A DNA stretch of 43,927 nucleotides from Flavobacteriales bacterium (GTDB lineage Bacteria; Bacteroidota; Bacteroidia; Flavobacteriales_F; PHOS-HE28). How positions within the stretch are numbered: position 1 is the first letter of the stretch; each line of letters opens with the position of its first letter. The translations under genes were made by a program, and so were the position numbers. Positions 1 through 10,137 of this stretch are shown piece after piece. The notes beneath the pieces were generated by a model. That model saw only the letters and a program-made list of their open reading frames with translations. It did no database searches and had not been told where the DNA came from. Location: positions 1 to 43,927 of the forward strand of contig JAHBUM010000003.1 in assembly GCA_019638075.1 (NCBI GenBank), in the 5' to 3' direction.

Positions 1-1785
1 GTGGTAGCCATGGTCGGCCATGAACTCCAGCACTGCGCTGCCCATGCCACCTTGGATGCAGCCATCCTCGATGGTGATCACGTGCTTGAACTTGCCGAAG
101 ACCTCGTGCAGCAGCAGTTCGTCGATCGGCTTGGCGAAGCGCATGTCGTAATGCGCCACGCTGTATCCTTCGGCTTGCAGGGTGTCGATGCCCTTCGCGG
201 CGATGTTGCCGATGTGCCCGATGCTGAGCACGGCGATGTCGTTGCCCGAGCGCACCTTGCGGCCGGTGCCGATCTTGATCTCCTTGAAGGGCGTCTTCCA
301 CTCGGTCATCACGCCTTCGCCGCGCGGGTAGCGGATGCTGAAGGGGCCGTGGTCCTTCAGTTGGGCGGTGTACATCAGGTCGCGCAACTCCTCCTCGTTC
401 ATCGGGGCGCTCACGATCATGTTGGGGATGCAGCGGAAGTAGGCGATGTCGAAGGCGCCGTGGTGCGTGGGGCCATCGGCACCGGCCAGTCCGCCGCGAT
501 CCAGGCAGAACACCACGTGCAATTTCTGCAAGGCCACATCATGCACCACCTGATCGTAGGCGCGCTGCATGAAGCTGCTGTAGATGTTGCAGAACGGCAC
601 CATGCCCTGCGTAGCCATGCCTGCGCTGAAGGTGACCGCGTGCTGCTCGGCGATGCCCACGTCGAACGCGCGTTCGGGCATGGCCTTCATCATGATGTTG
701 AGCGAGCAGCCGGTGGGCATGGCGGGCGTGACACCCACGATGCGCGGGTTCTTCTCGGCCAGTTCCACGATGGTATGACCGAACACATCCTGATACTTCG
801 GTGGCTGCGGGCTCTTGGGCACCACCTTGATGATCTCGCCGGTGTCCTTGTTGAACAGGCCGGGCGCGTGCCACACCGTGGGACTGCCCTCTTCGGCGGG
901 CTTGTAGCCCTTGCCCTTCATGGTGATCGTGTGCAGGATCTTGGGGCCGGGGATGTCGCGCAGGTCCTGCAACACCTTCACCATGCGCTCCACGTCGTGG
1001 CCGTCCACCGGGCCGAAGTAGCGGAAGTTGAGGCTCTCGAACAGGTTGCTCTGTTTCAGCAGGGCGCTCTTCACGGCGTTCTCCACCTTCTGCGCGATGG
1101 CCTGCGCGTTGGGCCCGAACTTGCTGATCTTGCCGAGCAGGTTCCACACCTCGTCCTTCACCTTGTTGTAGGTGTGGCTGGTGGTGATGTCGGTGAGGTA
1201 TTCCTTCAGGGCACCGACGTTCGGGTCGATGCTCATGCAGTTGTCGTTGAGCACCACGAGCATGTCGGTGTTGGCGCCACCCGCGTGGTTCAGCGCCTCG
1301 AAGGCCATGCCGGCCGTCATGGCGCCATCGCCGATCACCGCCACGCAATGCCGGTCCTTCTCGCCTTTCAGCCTGCTGGCCACCGCCATGCCCAGCGCCC
1401 CGCCGATGCTGGTGCTGCTGTGCCCCACGCCGAACGTATCGAACTCGCTCTCGCTGCGTTTCGGGAAACCGCTGATGCCTTTGTGGATGCGGTTGGTGTG
1501 GAAGTTGTCCTTGCGGCCGGTGAGGATCTTGTGCCCGTAGGCCTGATGTCCCACATCCCACACGAGCTGGTCGTAGGGGGTGTTGAACACGTAATGCAGG
1601 GCCACGGTCAACTCCACCACGCCGAGGCTGGCGCCAAAGTGGCCGCCCTTTACGCTGACGACATCGATGATGAAATCGCGCAATTCGTTGCAGACCTGCG
1701 CCAACTGGTCTTCGGAAAGGTTCCGGAGGTCGGCCGGGATCTGGATCCGGTCGAGCAGGGGGTAGGCCGGGCGTGTGCTGGTCAT
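1..1785 (-). CDS. dxs: 1-deoxy-D-xylulose-5-phosphate synthase (3' end runs off the window)
   Basis: Absent from the ORF track because there is no stop in the window. Minus-strand translation from the ATG at 1785 gives [23 protein letters not shown]... with [37 protein letters not shown]...LNDN and [11 protein letters not shown] motifs. Confidence 0.96.
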   Translation of the reverse strand, partial: MTSTRPAYPLLDRIQIPADLRNLSEDQLAQVCNELRDFIIDVVSVKGGHFGASLGVVELTVALHYVFNTPYDQLVWDVGHQAYGHKILTGRKDNFHTNRIHKGISGFPKRSESEFDTFGVGHSSTSIGGALGMAVASRLKGEKDRHCVAVIGDGAMTAGMAFEALNHAGGANTDMLVVLNDNCMSIDPNVGALKEYLTDITTSHTYNKVKDEVWNLLGKISKFGPNAQAIAQKVENAVKSALLKQSNLFESLNFRYFGPVDGHDVERMVKVLQDLRDIPGPKILHTITMKGKGYKPAEEGSPTVWHAPGLFNKDTGEIIKVVPKSPQPPKYQDVFGHTIVELAEKNPRIVGVTPAMPTGCSLNIMMKAMPERAFDVGIAEQHAVTFSAGMATQGMVPFCNIYSSFMQRAYDQVVHDVALQKLHVVFCLDRGGLAGADGPTHHGAFDIAYFRCIPNMIVSAPMNEEELRDLMYTAQLKDHGPFSIRYPRGEGVMTEWKTPFKEIKIGTGRKVRSGNDIAVLSIGHIGNIAAKGIDTLQAEGYSVAHYDMRFAKPIDELLLHEVFGKFKHVITIEDGCIQGGMGSAVLEFMADHGYH

Positions 1786-1797
1786 GGGCGGAATGAA

Positions 1798-1805
1798 CAA
1801 AAGTA
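1798..1805 (-). promoter_or_regulatory. Bacteroidota -7 promoter element (TACTTTTG) for dxs
   Basis: Matches TAnnTTTG, 12 nt upstream of the dxs ATG. Confidence 0.6.
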
Positions 1806-1904
1806 ACGGGATGGATGGATCGGTGGGCCAGCTTCCGAACGGCCTTCAACGCGACGGAGCCGCAACTATTGCCGACGAACGCTCCCTCAAATGAGGTAGG
1901 GCAC

Positions 1905-1912
1905 TACCTTTG
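1905..1912 (+). promoter_or_regulatory. Bacteroidota -7 promoter element (TACCTTTG) for the nuo operon
   Basis: Matches TAnnTTTG, 26 nt upstream of the nuoA GTG; divergent from the dxs promoter. Confidence 0.6.
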
Positions 1913-1938
1913 GCCCCCATTCATCCCTCCAGCGCACC

Positions 1939-2310
1939 GTGGAAGCCATTTCGACCCCCCACGACTACGTTCCGGTCCTGATCCAGACGGCCATCGCCGT
2001 GGGCTTCGTGGGCTTCGCACTTTCGGCGGCGGCGTTCCTCGGCCCGAAGATCCACGGGAAGAAGAAGGACGAGAGCTTCGAGTGCGGCATCGAGCAGCAA
2101 GGCAACGCCCGTACGCCCTTCAGTGTGAAGTACTTGCTCATCGCCATCCTGTTCGTGCTGTTCGACGTGGAGGTGATCTTCCTCTACCCCTGGGCGGTCA
2201 ACTTCAAGGCGCTCGGCGCCATCGGTTTCGTGGAGATGGTGGTCTTCGTCGGCTTCGTGCTGTCGGGCCTTTACTATGTGTTGCGGAAAGGTGTAATGAA
2301 GATCGAATGA
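1939..2310 (+). CDS. nuoA: NADH-quinone oxidoreductase subunit A
   Basis: 123 aa, three TM segments, FECG and FVLFDVEVIFLYPW motifs; GTG start. Confidence 0.96.
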   Translation: MEAISTPHDYVPVLIQTAIAVGFVGFALSAAAFLGPKIHGKKKDESFECGIEQQGNARTPFSVKYLLIAILFVLFDVEVIFLYPWAVNFKALGAIGFVEMVVFVGFVLSGLYYVLRKGVMKIE

Positions 2311-2873
2311 GCGACCAGCGCATCATCGAGCGGCCAAGGCCGGCCATCGTGAAGGCTCCCGAAGGCCATTCCGGGGAAGGCTTCTTCGCCACCAGCGTGG
2401 ACCAGGCGATCGGCCTGGCCCGGGCCAACAGCCTGTGGCCACTCCCCTTCGCCACCAGCTGCTGTGGCATCGAGTTCATGAGCACCATGAGCTCGCATTA
2501 CGACCTCAGCCGTTTCGGCATGGAGCGCCTCAGCTTCAGCCCGCGCCAGAGCGACCTGCTCATGGTGATGGGCACCATCGCCAAGAAGATGGCGCCCGTG
2601 CTGCGCGACGTGTACATGCAGATGGCCGAGCCCAAGTGGGTGCTGAGCATGGGTGCCTGTGCCTGCACCGGCGGCATCTTCGACAGCTACAGCGTGTTGC
2701 AGGGCATCGACCGGGTGATCCCCGTGGATGTCTACATCCCGGGCTGCCCGCCGCGCCCCGAGCAGGTGATCGACGGCATCCTGAAGATCCAGGAACTGGC
2801 CAAGAACGAGAGCCTGCGCCGCCGCTACAGCAAGGAGTACCAGGACCTGTTGACCAAATACGCCATCGACTGA
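2307..2873 (+). CDS. nuoB: NADH-quinone oxidoreductase subunit B
   Basis: WPLPFATSCCGIE, SPRQSDL, MGACACTGG and VDVYIPGCPPRPE; ATGA overlap with the nuoA stop. Confidence 0.97.
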   Translation: MSDQRIIERPRPAIVKAPEGHSGEGFFATSVDQAIGLARANSLWPLPFATSCCGIEFMSTMSSHYDLSRFGMERLSFSPRQSDLLMVMGTIAKKMAPVLRDVYMQMAEPKWVLSMGACACTGGIFDSYSVLQGIDRVIPVDVYIPGCPPRPEQVIDGILKIQELAKNESLRRRYSKEYQDLLTKYAID

Positions 2874-3385
2874 TGCCGGGGTTCGTGGTGAAGGCGGAGC
2901 GTGATCAACAGGTGAAGGACGGTGTCCTGAGCGTGTTCGGTGAGCGCATCACGGGCATCGAACAGGAGCGCGACCTCTTGTGCATCCACGTGAAGAAGGA
3001 AGCGCTGCACGATCTGCTGCGCGCACTGAAGGACGAGCACGGCTTCCACTTCCTCACCACCTGCTGCGGCATGCACTTCCCCGGTGAGGCGCAGGAATTC
3101 GGACTCGTGTACCACCTGCACAATATGCGGGCTGGCCACCGCATCCGCGTGAAGTGCCGCACCACCGCCAACGACCTTGAATACCAGACCGCGACCGACC
3201 TGTGGCCCACGGCCAACTGGATGGAGCGCGAGGCTTGGGACTTCTTCGGCATCAAGTTCAAGGGCCATCCGGACCTGCGCCGCATCCTGAACATGGAGGA
3301 TTTCCCCGCGTTCCCGCTGCGCAAGGACTACCCCTTGGAAGACCCCACCCGTCAGGACAAGGACGATCGATTCTTCGGACGATGA
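2873..3385 (+). CDS. nuoC: NADH-quinone oxidoreductase subunit C
   Basis: ANWMEREAWDFFGIKFKGHPDLRRIL...FPLRKDYP; TGATG overlap with nuoB. Confidence 0.96.
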   Translation: MPGFVVKAERDQQVKDGVLSVFGERITGIEQERDLLCIHVKKEALHDLLRALKDEHGFHFLTTCCGMHFPGEAQEFGLVYHLHNMRAGHRIRVKCRTTANDLEYQTATDLWPTANWMEREAWDFFGIKFKGHPDLRRILNMEDFPAFPLRKDYPLEDPTRQDKDDRFFGR

Positions 3386-4617
3386 GCCAGCAGCCACCCA
3401 TCGATTTCTGGTCGAAGGACCTGGTGGAAGGCCGGGACCTGAGCGAGCTCACCACGCTCAACCTCGGCCCCACCCACCCCGCCACGCACGGCATCTTCCA
3501 GAACGTGCTCACGCTGGATGGTGAGATCATCCTGGACGCCAAGCAGACCATCGGCTACATCCACCGCGCTTTCGAGAAGATCGCCGAGCGCCGTCCGTTC
3601 TACCAGATCACCACATTGACGGACCGGATGAACTACTGCAGTGCCCCCATCAACAACATGGGCTGGCACATGACGGTGGAGAAGCTGCTCAACATCGAGT
3701 TGCCCAAGCGCGTGCAGTACATGCGGGTGATCGTGATGGAACTGGCGCGCATCGCCGACCACATCATCTGCAACACCATCATCGGTCAGGACGTCGGTGC
3801 CACCACGCCCTTCCTCTACGTGTACCAGTGGCGCGAGAAGATCTACGAGGTGTACGAGGAGATCTGCGGCGCGCGCCTCACCACCAACATGGGCCGCATC
3901 GGCGGCTGGGAGCGCAACTGGAGCGATGCGGCCTGGGCGAAGACCAAGGCCATCGTGAAGGACCTGCCCGCCGCGCTGAAGGAGTTCGACAACATGCTGC
4001 TGCGCAACCGCATCTTCATGGACCGCACCATCGGCTGCGGGCCCATCAGCGCGGAGCGGGCATTGGCCTACGGCTTCACCGGCCCCAACCTGCGCGCCGC
4101 TGGCGTGGACTACGACGTGCGGGTGGCCGATCCGTACAGTGGTTATGATGAGTTCGACTTCATCATCCCCGTCGGCACCAACGGCGATACCTACGATCGC
4201 TTCACGGTTCGTCAGGAAGAGATGCGGCAGAGCCTCTCCATCATCCGCCAGGCCTTGGAGAAGCTGGAGAAGCTGGGCGACAAGACCACCTTCCGCGCCG
4301 ATGCCCCCGAGTGGGTGTTGCCGCCCAAGGAGGGTGTGTACAACAACATGGAGGAGCTGATCTGGCACTTCAAGATCGTGATGGGCGAGACCGACGTACC
4401 GGTGGGCGAAGTGTACCACTGCGTGGAAGGCGGCAACGGCGAACTGGGCTTCTACCTCGTGAGCGATGGTGGCCGCGCACCCTTCCGCCTGCACCTGCGC
4501 CGCCCCTGCTACATCTACTACCAAGCCTTCCCCGAGATGATCAAGGGCAGCATGTTGAGCGACGCGATCATCACCATGAGCAGCATGAACGTGATCGCAG
4601 GCGAACTGGACGCATGA
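3382..4617 (+). CDS. nuoD: NADH-quinone oxidoreductase subunit D
   Basis: LNLGPTHPATHG, GYIHRAFEK, DRMNY and C-terminal GELDA; ATGA overlap. Confidence 0.97.
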   Translation: MSQQPPIDFWSKDLVEGRDLSELTTLNLGPTHPATHGIFQNVLTLDGEIILDAKQTIGYIHRAFEKIAERRPFYQITTLTDRMNYCSAPINNMGWHMTVEKLLNIELPKRVQYMRVIVMELARIADHIICNTIIGQDVGATTPFLYVYQWREKIYEVYEEICGARLTTNMGRIGGWERNWSDAAWAKTKAIVKDLPAALKEFDNMLLRNRIFMDRTIGCGPISAERALAYGFTGPNLRAAGVDYDVRVADPYSGYDEFDFIIPVGTNGDTYDRFTVRQEEMRQSLSIIRQALEKLEKLGDKTTFRADAPEWVLPPKEGVYNNMEELIWHFKIVMGETDVPVGEVYHCVEGGNGELGFYLVSDGGRAPFRLHLRRPCYIYYQAFPEMIKGSMLSDAIITMSSMNVIAGELDA

Positions 4618-5171
4618 GCGCGCGCACGAGACCCATCACCACCACGGAAGGCACCAAACCGTTCGCCTTCAGCGAGACCGCACTGGCCGAGTGCCGCGAA
4701 CTGATCGCGCGTTACCCCGAAGGCCGCAGCAAGAGCGCGCTGATCCCGATCCTGCACATCGCACAGGCCGAGAACGACGGCTGGCTCAGCGTGAACGCGA
4801 TGGACGCCGTGGCGCACCTGATGGGCCTGCGCCACATCGAGGTGTACGAAGTGGCCAGCTTCTACAGCATGTTCAACCTGCACCCGGTGGGCACCTACGT
4901 GCTCGACGTGTGCCGCACCACACCCTGCATGCTGCGCGGCAGCGACGAGCTGATCCATCACTTGGAGAAGAAGCTCGGCATACACGCCGGTGAGACCACC
5001 AAGGACGGCATGTTCACCCTGAAGGCCGTGGAATGCCTCGGAAGCTGCGGCAGCGGACCGATGCTGCAATGCGGCGCCGGTTACCACGAAGATCTCACCA
5101 TTGAGAAGGTGGATGCCTTGATCGAGGAGTTGCGCGCGAGGAACCAACGGACGAATTATACAGACCGATGA
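4614..5171 (+). CDS. nuoE: NADH-quinone oxidoreductase subunit E
   Basis: VASFYSMF, VCRTTPCMLRG and ECLGSC 2Fe-2S motifs; ATGA overlap. Confidence 0.96.
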   Translation: MSARTRPITTTEGTKPFAFSETALAECRELIARYPEGRSKSALIPILHIAQAENDGWLSVNAMDAVAHLMGLRHIEVYEVASFYSMFNLHPVGTYVLDVCRTTPCMLRGSDELIHHLEKKLGIHAGETTKDGMFTLKAVECLGSCGSGPMLQCGAGYHEDLTIEKVDALIEELRARNQRTNYTDR

Positions 5172-5177
5172 AAATGC

Positions 5178-5257
5178 AGTGGCGAGTAATGAGTGGCGTG
5201 TGGCGAGTCTGCTTCGGGCAGCTGCCACACGCCACTCATTACTCGCCACTCGCCACT
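5178..5257. repeat. Heptamer-unit palindromic element between nuoE and nuoF
   Basis: Perfect 27-bp inverted repeat AGTGGCGAGTAATGAGTGGCGTGTGGC (5178-5204) / (5224-5250) made of 7-bp units, plus one extra CGCCACT unit. Confidence 0.9.
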
Positions 5258-5266
5258 CTTTGAGCC

Positions 5267-6622
5267 ATGGCCCGCAAACTCCTCTTCGAGCACATCGACA
5301 AACCCGGCATCCGTGGGCTGGAAGGCTACCGTGCGAACGGTGGTTACCGCAGCGTGGAGAAGGCGCTCAGGACCATGAGCCCCGATGCTGTTCTTGAGGA
5401 AGTGAAGAAGAGCGGCCTGCGCGGTCGCGGTGGCGCTGGCTTCCCCACAGGCATGAAATGGAGCTTCCTCGCGAAGCCCGAAGGTGTGCCCCGCTACTTA
5501 GTGGTGAACGCCGACGAAAGCGAACCCGGAACCTTCAAGGACCGCTACCTGATGGAGCGGATCCCGCACATCCTCGTGGAAGGTATGATCACATCGAGCT
5601 TCGCGCTCGGTGCGAAGACCAGCTACGTCTATGTGCGCGGCGAGTACTTCTACGTGGCGCGTATCCTGGAACAAGCCATCGCCGAAGCACGCGCTGCGGG
5701 CTGGTTGGGAAAGAACATCCTCGGCAGCGGTTTCGACCACGACATCCATGTGCAAGTGGGTGCTGGCGCCTACATCTGCGGCGAAGAGACCGCCCTGCTC
5801 GAAAGCCTTGAGGGCAAGCGTGGCAACCCGCGCATCAAGCCGCCCTTCCCTGCGGTGAAGGGTCTCTACGACTGCCCCACGGTGGTGAACAACGTGGAGA
5901 CGATCGCGGCCGTGGTGCCCATCGTGAACGACGGCGGCGAGGAATACGCCAAGATCGGCATCGGCAAGAGCACCGGAACGAAGCTCATCAGCGCTGGCGG
6001 CAACATCAAGCGTCCCGGCGTGTACGAGATCGACCTCGGCATCACCTGCGACGAGTTCATCAACAGCGACGAATACTGCGGCGGTGTGGATGGTCGCGCC
6101 TTTAAAGCTGTCGTGCCCGGTGGAAGCAGTGTGCCCATCGTGCCCTACGAGCTGTTCCTGAAGACGCCCACGGGCGAGAACCGCCTGATGACCTACGAGA
6201 GCCTCAGCGAAGGCGGCTTCGCACAGGGCACCATGATGGGTTCCGGTGGCTTCTACGCCTACAACGATGCGCAGTGCATCGTGCGCAGCACCTGGAACCA
6301 CGCACGCTTCTACCACCACGAGAGTTGCGGCCAGTGCAGCCCCTGCCGCGAAGGCACCGGCTGGCTGGACAAGGTGCTGGAGCGTCTGGAGCACGGCGAA
6401 GGCCGGATGGAGGACATCGACCTGCTCTGGGACATCCAGCGGAAGATCGAAGGCAACACCATCTGCCCGCTGGGCGATGCCGCCGCCTGGCCCGTGGCTT
6501 CGGCCATCCGCCACTTCCGCGACGAGTTCGAATACCACGTCACGCACCGTGAGAAAGTGAAGGACCCGAAGCATTTCGCGCGGGAACCTTTCCGGAAGAG
6601 TGCCAAATTCGCGACCGCTTAA
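5267..6622 (+). CDS. nuoF: NADH-quinone oxidoreductase subunit F
   Basis: GLRGRGGAGFPTG, NADESEPG, GAGAYICGEETAL and ESCGQCSPCREG. Confidence 0.98.
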   Translation: MARKLLFEHIDKPGIRGLEGYRANGGYRSVEKALRTMSPDAVLEEVKKSGLRGRGGAGFPTGMKWSFLAKPEGVPRYLVVNADESEPGTFKDRYLMERIPHILVEGMITSSFALGAKTSYVYVRGEYFYVARILEQAIAEARAAGWLGKNILGSGFDHDIHVQVGAGAYICGEETALLESLEGKRGNPRIKPPFPAVKGLYDCPTVVNNVETIAAVVPIVNDGGEEYAKIGIGKSTGTKLISAGGNIKRPGVYEIDLGITCDEFINSDEYCGGVDGRAFKAVVPGGSSVPIVPYELFLKTPTGENRLMTYESLSEGGFAQGTMMGSGGFYAYNDAQCIVRSTWNHARFYHHESCGQCSPCREGTGWLDKVLERLEHGEGRMEDIDLLWDIQRKIEGNTICPLGDAAAWPVASAIRHFRDEFEYHVTHREKVKDPKHFAREPFRKSAKFATA

Positions 6623-6625
6623 GCC

Positions 6626-7642
6626 ATGCCCAAGGTCACCATAGACGGCATCTCGATCGAAGTCCCCGATGGGACCACGATCCTGCAGGCCGCGCGCATG
6701 ATCGGCGAGCGCGACAAGGCCGACCGCCACGTGGTGCCCCCGGCCATGTGCTACTACACCTCGCTGAAGACCAGCGGGGGCTACTGCCGCACGTGCATCG
6801 TGAAGGTGACCAAGGGCAGCGACAAGGACCCGCGTCCCATGCCCAAGCCGGTGGCCAGCTGCCGCACGGCCGTGATGGACGGCATGGAGGTGGCCAACAC
6901 CACCGACCCCACGCTGATCGACGCGCGCAACGGTGTGGTGGAGATGCTGCTGATCAACCACCCGCTGGATTGCCCCATCTGCGACCAGGCCGGTGAATGC
7001 CACCTGCAGGACCTGAGCTACGAGAACGGCAAGGCCGCCAGCCGCTACGAGTTCGAGCGCCGCACCTTCGACCCGATCGACATCGGCGATACGATCAAAT
7101 TGCACATGACGCGCTGCATCCTGTGCTACCGCTGCGTGAAGGTGGCCGAGCAACTCACCGACGGCCGCGTGCATGGGGTGATCAACCGCGGCGATGTGGC
7201 CGAGATCAGCACGTACATCAGTCAGGCGATCGAGAACGACTTCAGCGGCAACATGATCGACGTGTGCCCCGTGGGCGCGCTCACCGACAAGACCTTCCGC
7301 TTCGCCAGCCGCGTGTGGTTCACCAAACCAGTGGATGCGCACCGCAACTGCGAGAACCCCAAGTGCAGTGGCAACGTGGTGCTGTGGCTCAAGGGCAATG
7401 AAGTGCTGCGTGTCACCGGCCGCAAGGACCAGTGGGGCGAGGTGGAGAGCTTCATCTGCAACACCTGCCGCTTCGACAAGAAGGACGTACACGCGTGGAC
7501 GGTGGAAGGCCCACGGAAGATCGACCGCCACAGCGTGATCAGCCAAGGCCACTACCAACTGAAGCGTGAGCAGCCCCTGCTCGCCTCGCCCGCGCCGAAC
7601 GTGCCCGAACTGGCGAAACGAAAAGAACTGAAGGACCGATGA
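6626..7642 (+). CDS. nuoG: NADH-quinone oxidoreductase subunit G, short form (Fe-S domain only)
   Basis: CRTCIV, NHPLDCPICDQAGECHLQ, RCILCYRCV and DVCPVGAL; only 338 aa. Confidence 0.94.
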   Translation: MPKVTIDGISIEVPDGTTILQAARMIGERDKADRHVVPPAMCYYTSLKTSGGYCRTCIVKVTKGSDKDPRPMPKPVASCRTAVMDGMEVANTTDPTLIDARNGVVEMLLINHPLDCPICDQAGECHLQDLSYENGKAASRYEFERRTFDPIDIGDTIKLHMTRCILCYRCVKVAEQLTDGRVHGVINRGDVAEISTYISQAIENDFSGNMIDVCPVGALTDKTFRFASRVWFTKPVDAHRNCENPKCSGNVVLWLKGNEVLRVTGRKDQWGEVESFICNTCRFDKKDVHAWTVEGPRKIDRHSVISQGHYQLKREQPLLASPAPNVPELAKRKELKDR

Positions 7643-8664
7643 TCATCACCACGGCCATACTCCTGCTGGTGCTCTTCGTGATCACCTTGACCGTGGCGGC
7701 CTATTCCACCTACGGCGAGCGCAAGGTGGCGGCCTTCCTCCAGGACCGCATCGGCCCCAACCGCGCCGGTCCCTTCGGCATCCTTCAGCCCTTGGCCGAT
7801 GGCGCCAAGATGTTCATGAAGGAGGACTTCATCCCGGCTGCCGCGAACAAGCGCCTCTTCATCCTCGGTCCGGCCTTGGCCATGACCACCGCACTGCTCA
7901 CCGGCGTGGTGATCCCGTGGGGCGGCGAGTTGACCTTGTTCGGCGAGACCTTCAAGCTGCAAGGCACTGATCCGGAGATCGGTGTGTTGTACGTGTTCGC
8001 CATCGCCAGCATCGGCGTGTACGGCATCATGCTCGGTGGCTGGGCCAGCAACAACAAGTTCGCGCTGTTGGGTGCGGTGCGTGCTGCAGCGCAGATGGTG
8101 AGCTACGAGCTCGGCCTCGGCCTCAGCATCGTGGCGCTGGTGATGATGACCGGAACGCTGAGCATGGGCGGCATGGTGGACTACCAGATCGAGCACGGCT
8201 GGAACGTGATCTATCAACCGCTCGGCTTCATCATCTTCCTCGTGTGTGCCTTCGCGGAAACGAACCGCGCACCCTTCGACATGCCCGAGTGCGAAACGGA
8301 ACTCGTGGGCGGCTACCACACCGAGTTCAGCAGCATGAAGCTGGGTTTCTTCCTCTTCGCGGAGTACACCAACATGTTCATCAGCAGCGCGGTGATCGCC
8401 ACGCTGTACTTCGGTGGCTACCATGTGCCGGGTCTGGACAGGCTGGGCCTTGACCCGAACCTCGCCACGCTGATCGGCACGGCGAGCATGTTCGCGAAGA
8501 CCTTCTTCTTCATTTTCTTCTTCATGTGGGTGCGTTGGTCCACGCCGCGCTTCCGCTTCGATCAACTGATGAACCTGGGGTGGAAACGCTTGATCCCGCT
8601 GGGCGTGTTGAACATCCTGCTCACGGGCAGCATCTACTACATCTCCGAATACCTGAAGGGATGA
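7639..8664 (+). CDS. nuoH: NADH-quinone oxidoreductase subunit H
   Basis: ERKVAAFLQDRIGPN, QPLADGAK, ETNRAPFD..E.E.ELVGG and PRFRFDQLM. Confidence 0.97.
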   Translation: MIITTAILLLVLFVITLTVAAYSTYGERKVAAFLQDRIGPNRAGPFGILQPLADGAKMFMKEDFIPAAANKRLFILGPALAMTTALLTGVVIPWGGELTLFGETFKLQGTDPEIGVLYVFAIASIGVYGIMLGGWASNNKFALLGAVRAAAQMVSYELGLGLSIVALVMMTGTLSMGGMVDYQIEHGWNVIYQPLGFIIFLVCAFAETNRAPFDMPECETELVGGYHTEFSSMKLGFFLFAEYTNMFISSAVIATLYFGGYHVPGLDRLGLDPNLATLIGTASMFAKTFFFIFFFMWVRWSTPRFRFDQLMNLGWKRLIPLGVLNILLTGSIYYISEYLKG

Positions 8665-9245
8665 GCACGATGCAGCCACTGACCAACCGCTCCCGGGTGG
8701 TGAGCGACAAGAAGATGACGCTGATGGAGCGCATCTACCTGCCTGCGATGGTGGGTGGCTTGCTCATCACCATCAAGCACTTCTTCCGCAGGAAGCCTAC
8801 GATCCAGTATCCCGAGCAGAAACGCCCGATCGCCGGGATCTACCGCGGCCAGCACGTGTTGAAGCGCGATGAAAAAGGCCGCGAACGCTGCACCGCATGT
8901 GGCTTGTGCGCAGTAGCCTGCCCTGCGGAAGCCATCACCATGACGAGCGGTGAGCGCAAGAAGGGCGAAGAGCACCTGTACCGCGAGGAAAAATATGCCA
9001 CGGTGTACGAGATCGACATGCTGCGCTGCATCTACTGCGGCGATTGCGAGGAGGCCTGCCCGAAGGAGGCCATCTTCCTCACCGACCGCATCGTGCAAGC
9101 GGATTACCTGCGCATGCCCTTCGTGTTCGGCAAGGACGAACTGGTGGAGCCGATGGATCCCGCCAAGCGTGTGGACGTGAGCAAGCGCCAGACCTCCGAG
9201 GTGCTGAAATTCAAGGAGAATAAACGCTACGCGCACAACCGTTGA
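8661..9245 (+). CDS. nuoI: NADH-quinone oxidoreductase subunit I
   Basis: CTACGLCAVACP and CIYCGDCEEACP 2x[4Fe-4S] motifs; ATGA overlap. Confidence 0.96.
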   Translation: MSTMQPLTNRSRVVSDKKMTLMERIYLPAMVGGLLITIKHFFRRKPTIQYPEQKRPIAGIYRGQHVLKRDEKGRERCTACGLCAVACPAEAITMTSGERKKGEEHLYREEKYATVYEIDMLRCIYCGDCEEACPKEAIFLTDRIVQADYLRMPFVFGKDELVEPMDPAKRVDVSKRQTSEVLKFKENKRYAHNR

Positions 9246-9249
9246 TCCG

Positions 9250-9801
9250 ATGCTAGCGCTCTTCTACCTCTTCGCCGCCATCAGTGTCATCAGTGCGCTG
9301 ATCGTGGTGAGCGCGCGCAAACCGGTCAACAGCGTGATCGCGTTGGTGGTCTGCTTCCTTAGCATCGCCGGGCATTACGTGCTGCTGAACGCGCAGTTCC
9401 TCGCCATGGTGCATGTGATCGTGTACACCGGCGCCATCATGGTGCTGTTCCTGTTCGTGATCATGTTGCTGAACCTGAACAAGGCCACCGAGCCGATGAA
9501 ATCGCTGGGCATGCGTGTGGCGGCGATCACGGGTGGTGCGTTGTTGTTCATCACGCTGGCAGCGGCCATCCGCCAAGGCGTACACATCGAAAGCGCCAAT
9601 CCCTTCGATGCCGGTGTCGGTCTGGTGCGCACCGTGGGCCATGTGCTCTTCACTGAATTCCTGCTGCCCTTCGAGGTGAGCAGCGTGCTCTTCCTGAGCG
9701 CCATCGTGGGCGTGGTGATGCTCGCCAAGAAGGAGAAGCACCAGCCCGAAGCCCCTGTTGAACCCTTGACCGAGGCCGAGCGCGCACGGCGCACCGCATA
9801 G
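9250..9801 (+). CDS. nuoJ: NADH-quinone oxidoreductase subunit J
   Basis: Hydrophobic; VYTGAIMVLFLFVIMLL and LPFEVSSVL. Confidence 0.95.
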   Translation: MLALFYLFAAISVISALIVVSARKPVNSVIALVVCFLSIAGHYVLLNAQFLAMVHVIVYTGAIMVLFLFVIMLLNLNKATEPMKSLGMRVAAITGGALLFITLAAAIRQGVHIESANPFDAGVGLVRTVGHVLFTEFLLPFEVSSVLFLSAIVGVVMLAKKEKHQPEAPVEPLTEAERARRTA

Positions 9802-9804
9802 AAC

Positions 9805-10137
9805 ATGGAAGAGGGCATCATCACCGCCATCCGCGTGGTCCCCTTGGACCACTACGTCCTCCTGAGCTTCCTGCTCTTCAGCATCGGTGCCGCAGGCGTG
9901 GTCTTCCGCCGCAACACCATCATCATCCTGATGTGCATCGAGATGATGTTCAACAGCGTGAACCTGCTGCTGGCGGCCTTCAGCGCGCACCACAGCGATC
10001 CGCGCGCGCAGGTGTTCGTGTTCTTCATCATGCTCGTGGCGGCCGCCGAGGTCACCGTGGGCCTGTCCATTCTGGTGATGATGAAACGCAACGTGGATAG
10101 CGTGGACGTGAACCAATTGAACCGCTTGAAAGGATGA
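9805..10137 (+). CDS. nuoK: NADH-quinone oxidoreductase subunit K
   Basis: RRNTIIILMCIEMMFN and VAAAEVTVGL. Confidence 0.96.
   Translation: MEEGIITAIRVVPLDHYVLLSFLLFSIGAAGVVFRRNTIIILMCIEMMFNSVNLLLAAFSAHHSDPRAQVFVFFIMLVAAAEVTVGLSILVMMKRNVDSVDVNQLNRLKG

Noticed and set aside
1-1806. 601-aa + strand ORF
   Set aside because: It is the antisense shadow of dxs; high-GC codon usage keeps the opposite frame open and it has no recognisable motifs.
5179-5397. ORFs with MASNEWRVA / ATRHSLLATRHS peptides on both strands
   Set aside because: They are translations of the heptamer palindrome, not independent genes.
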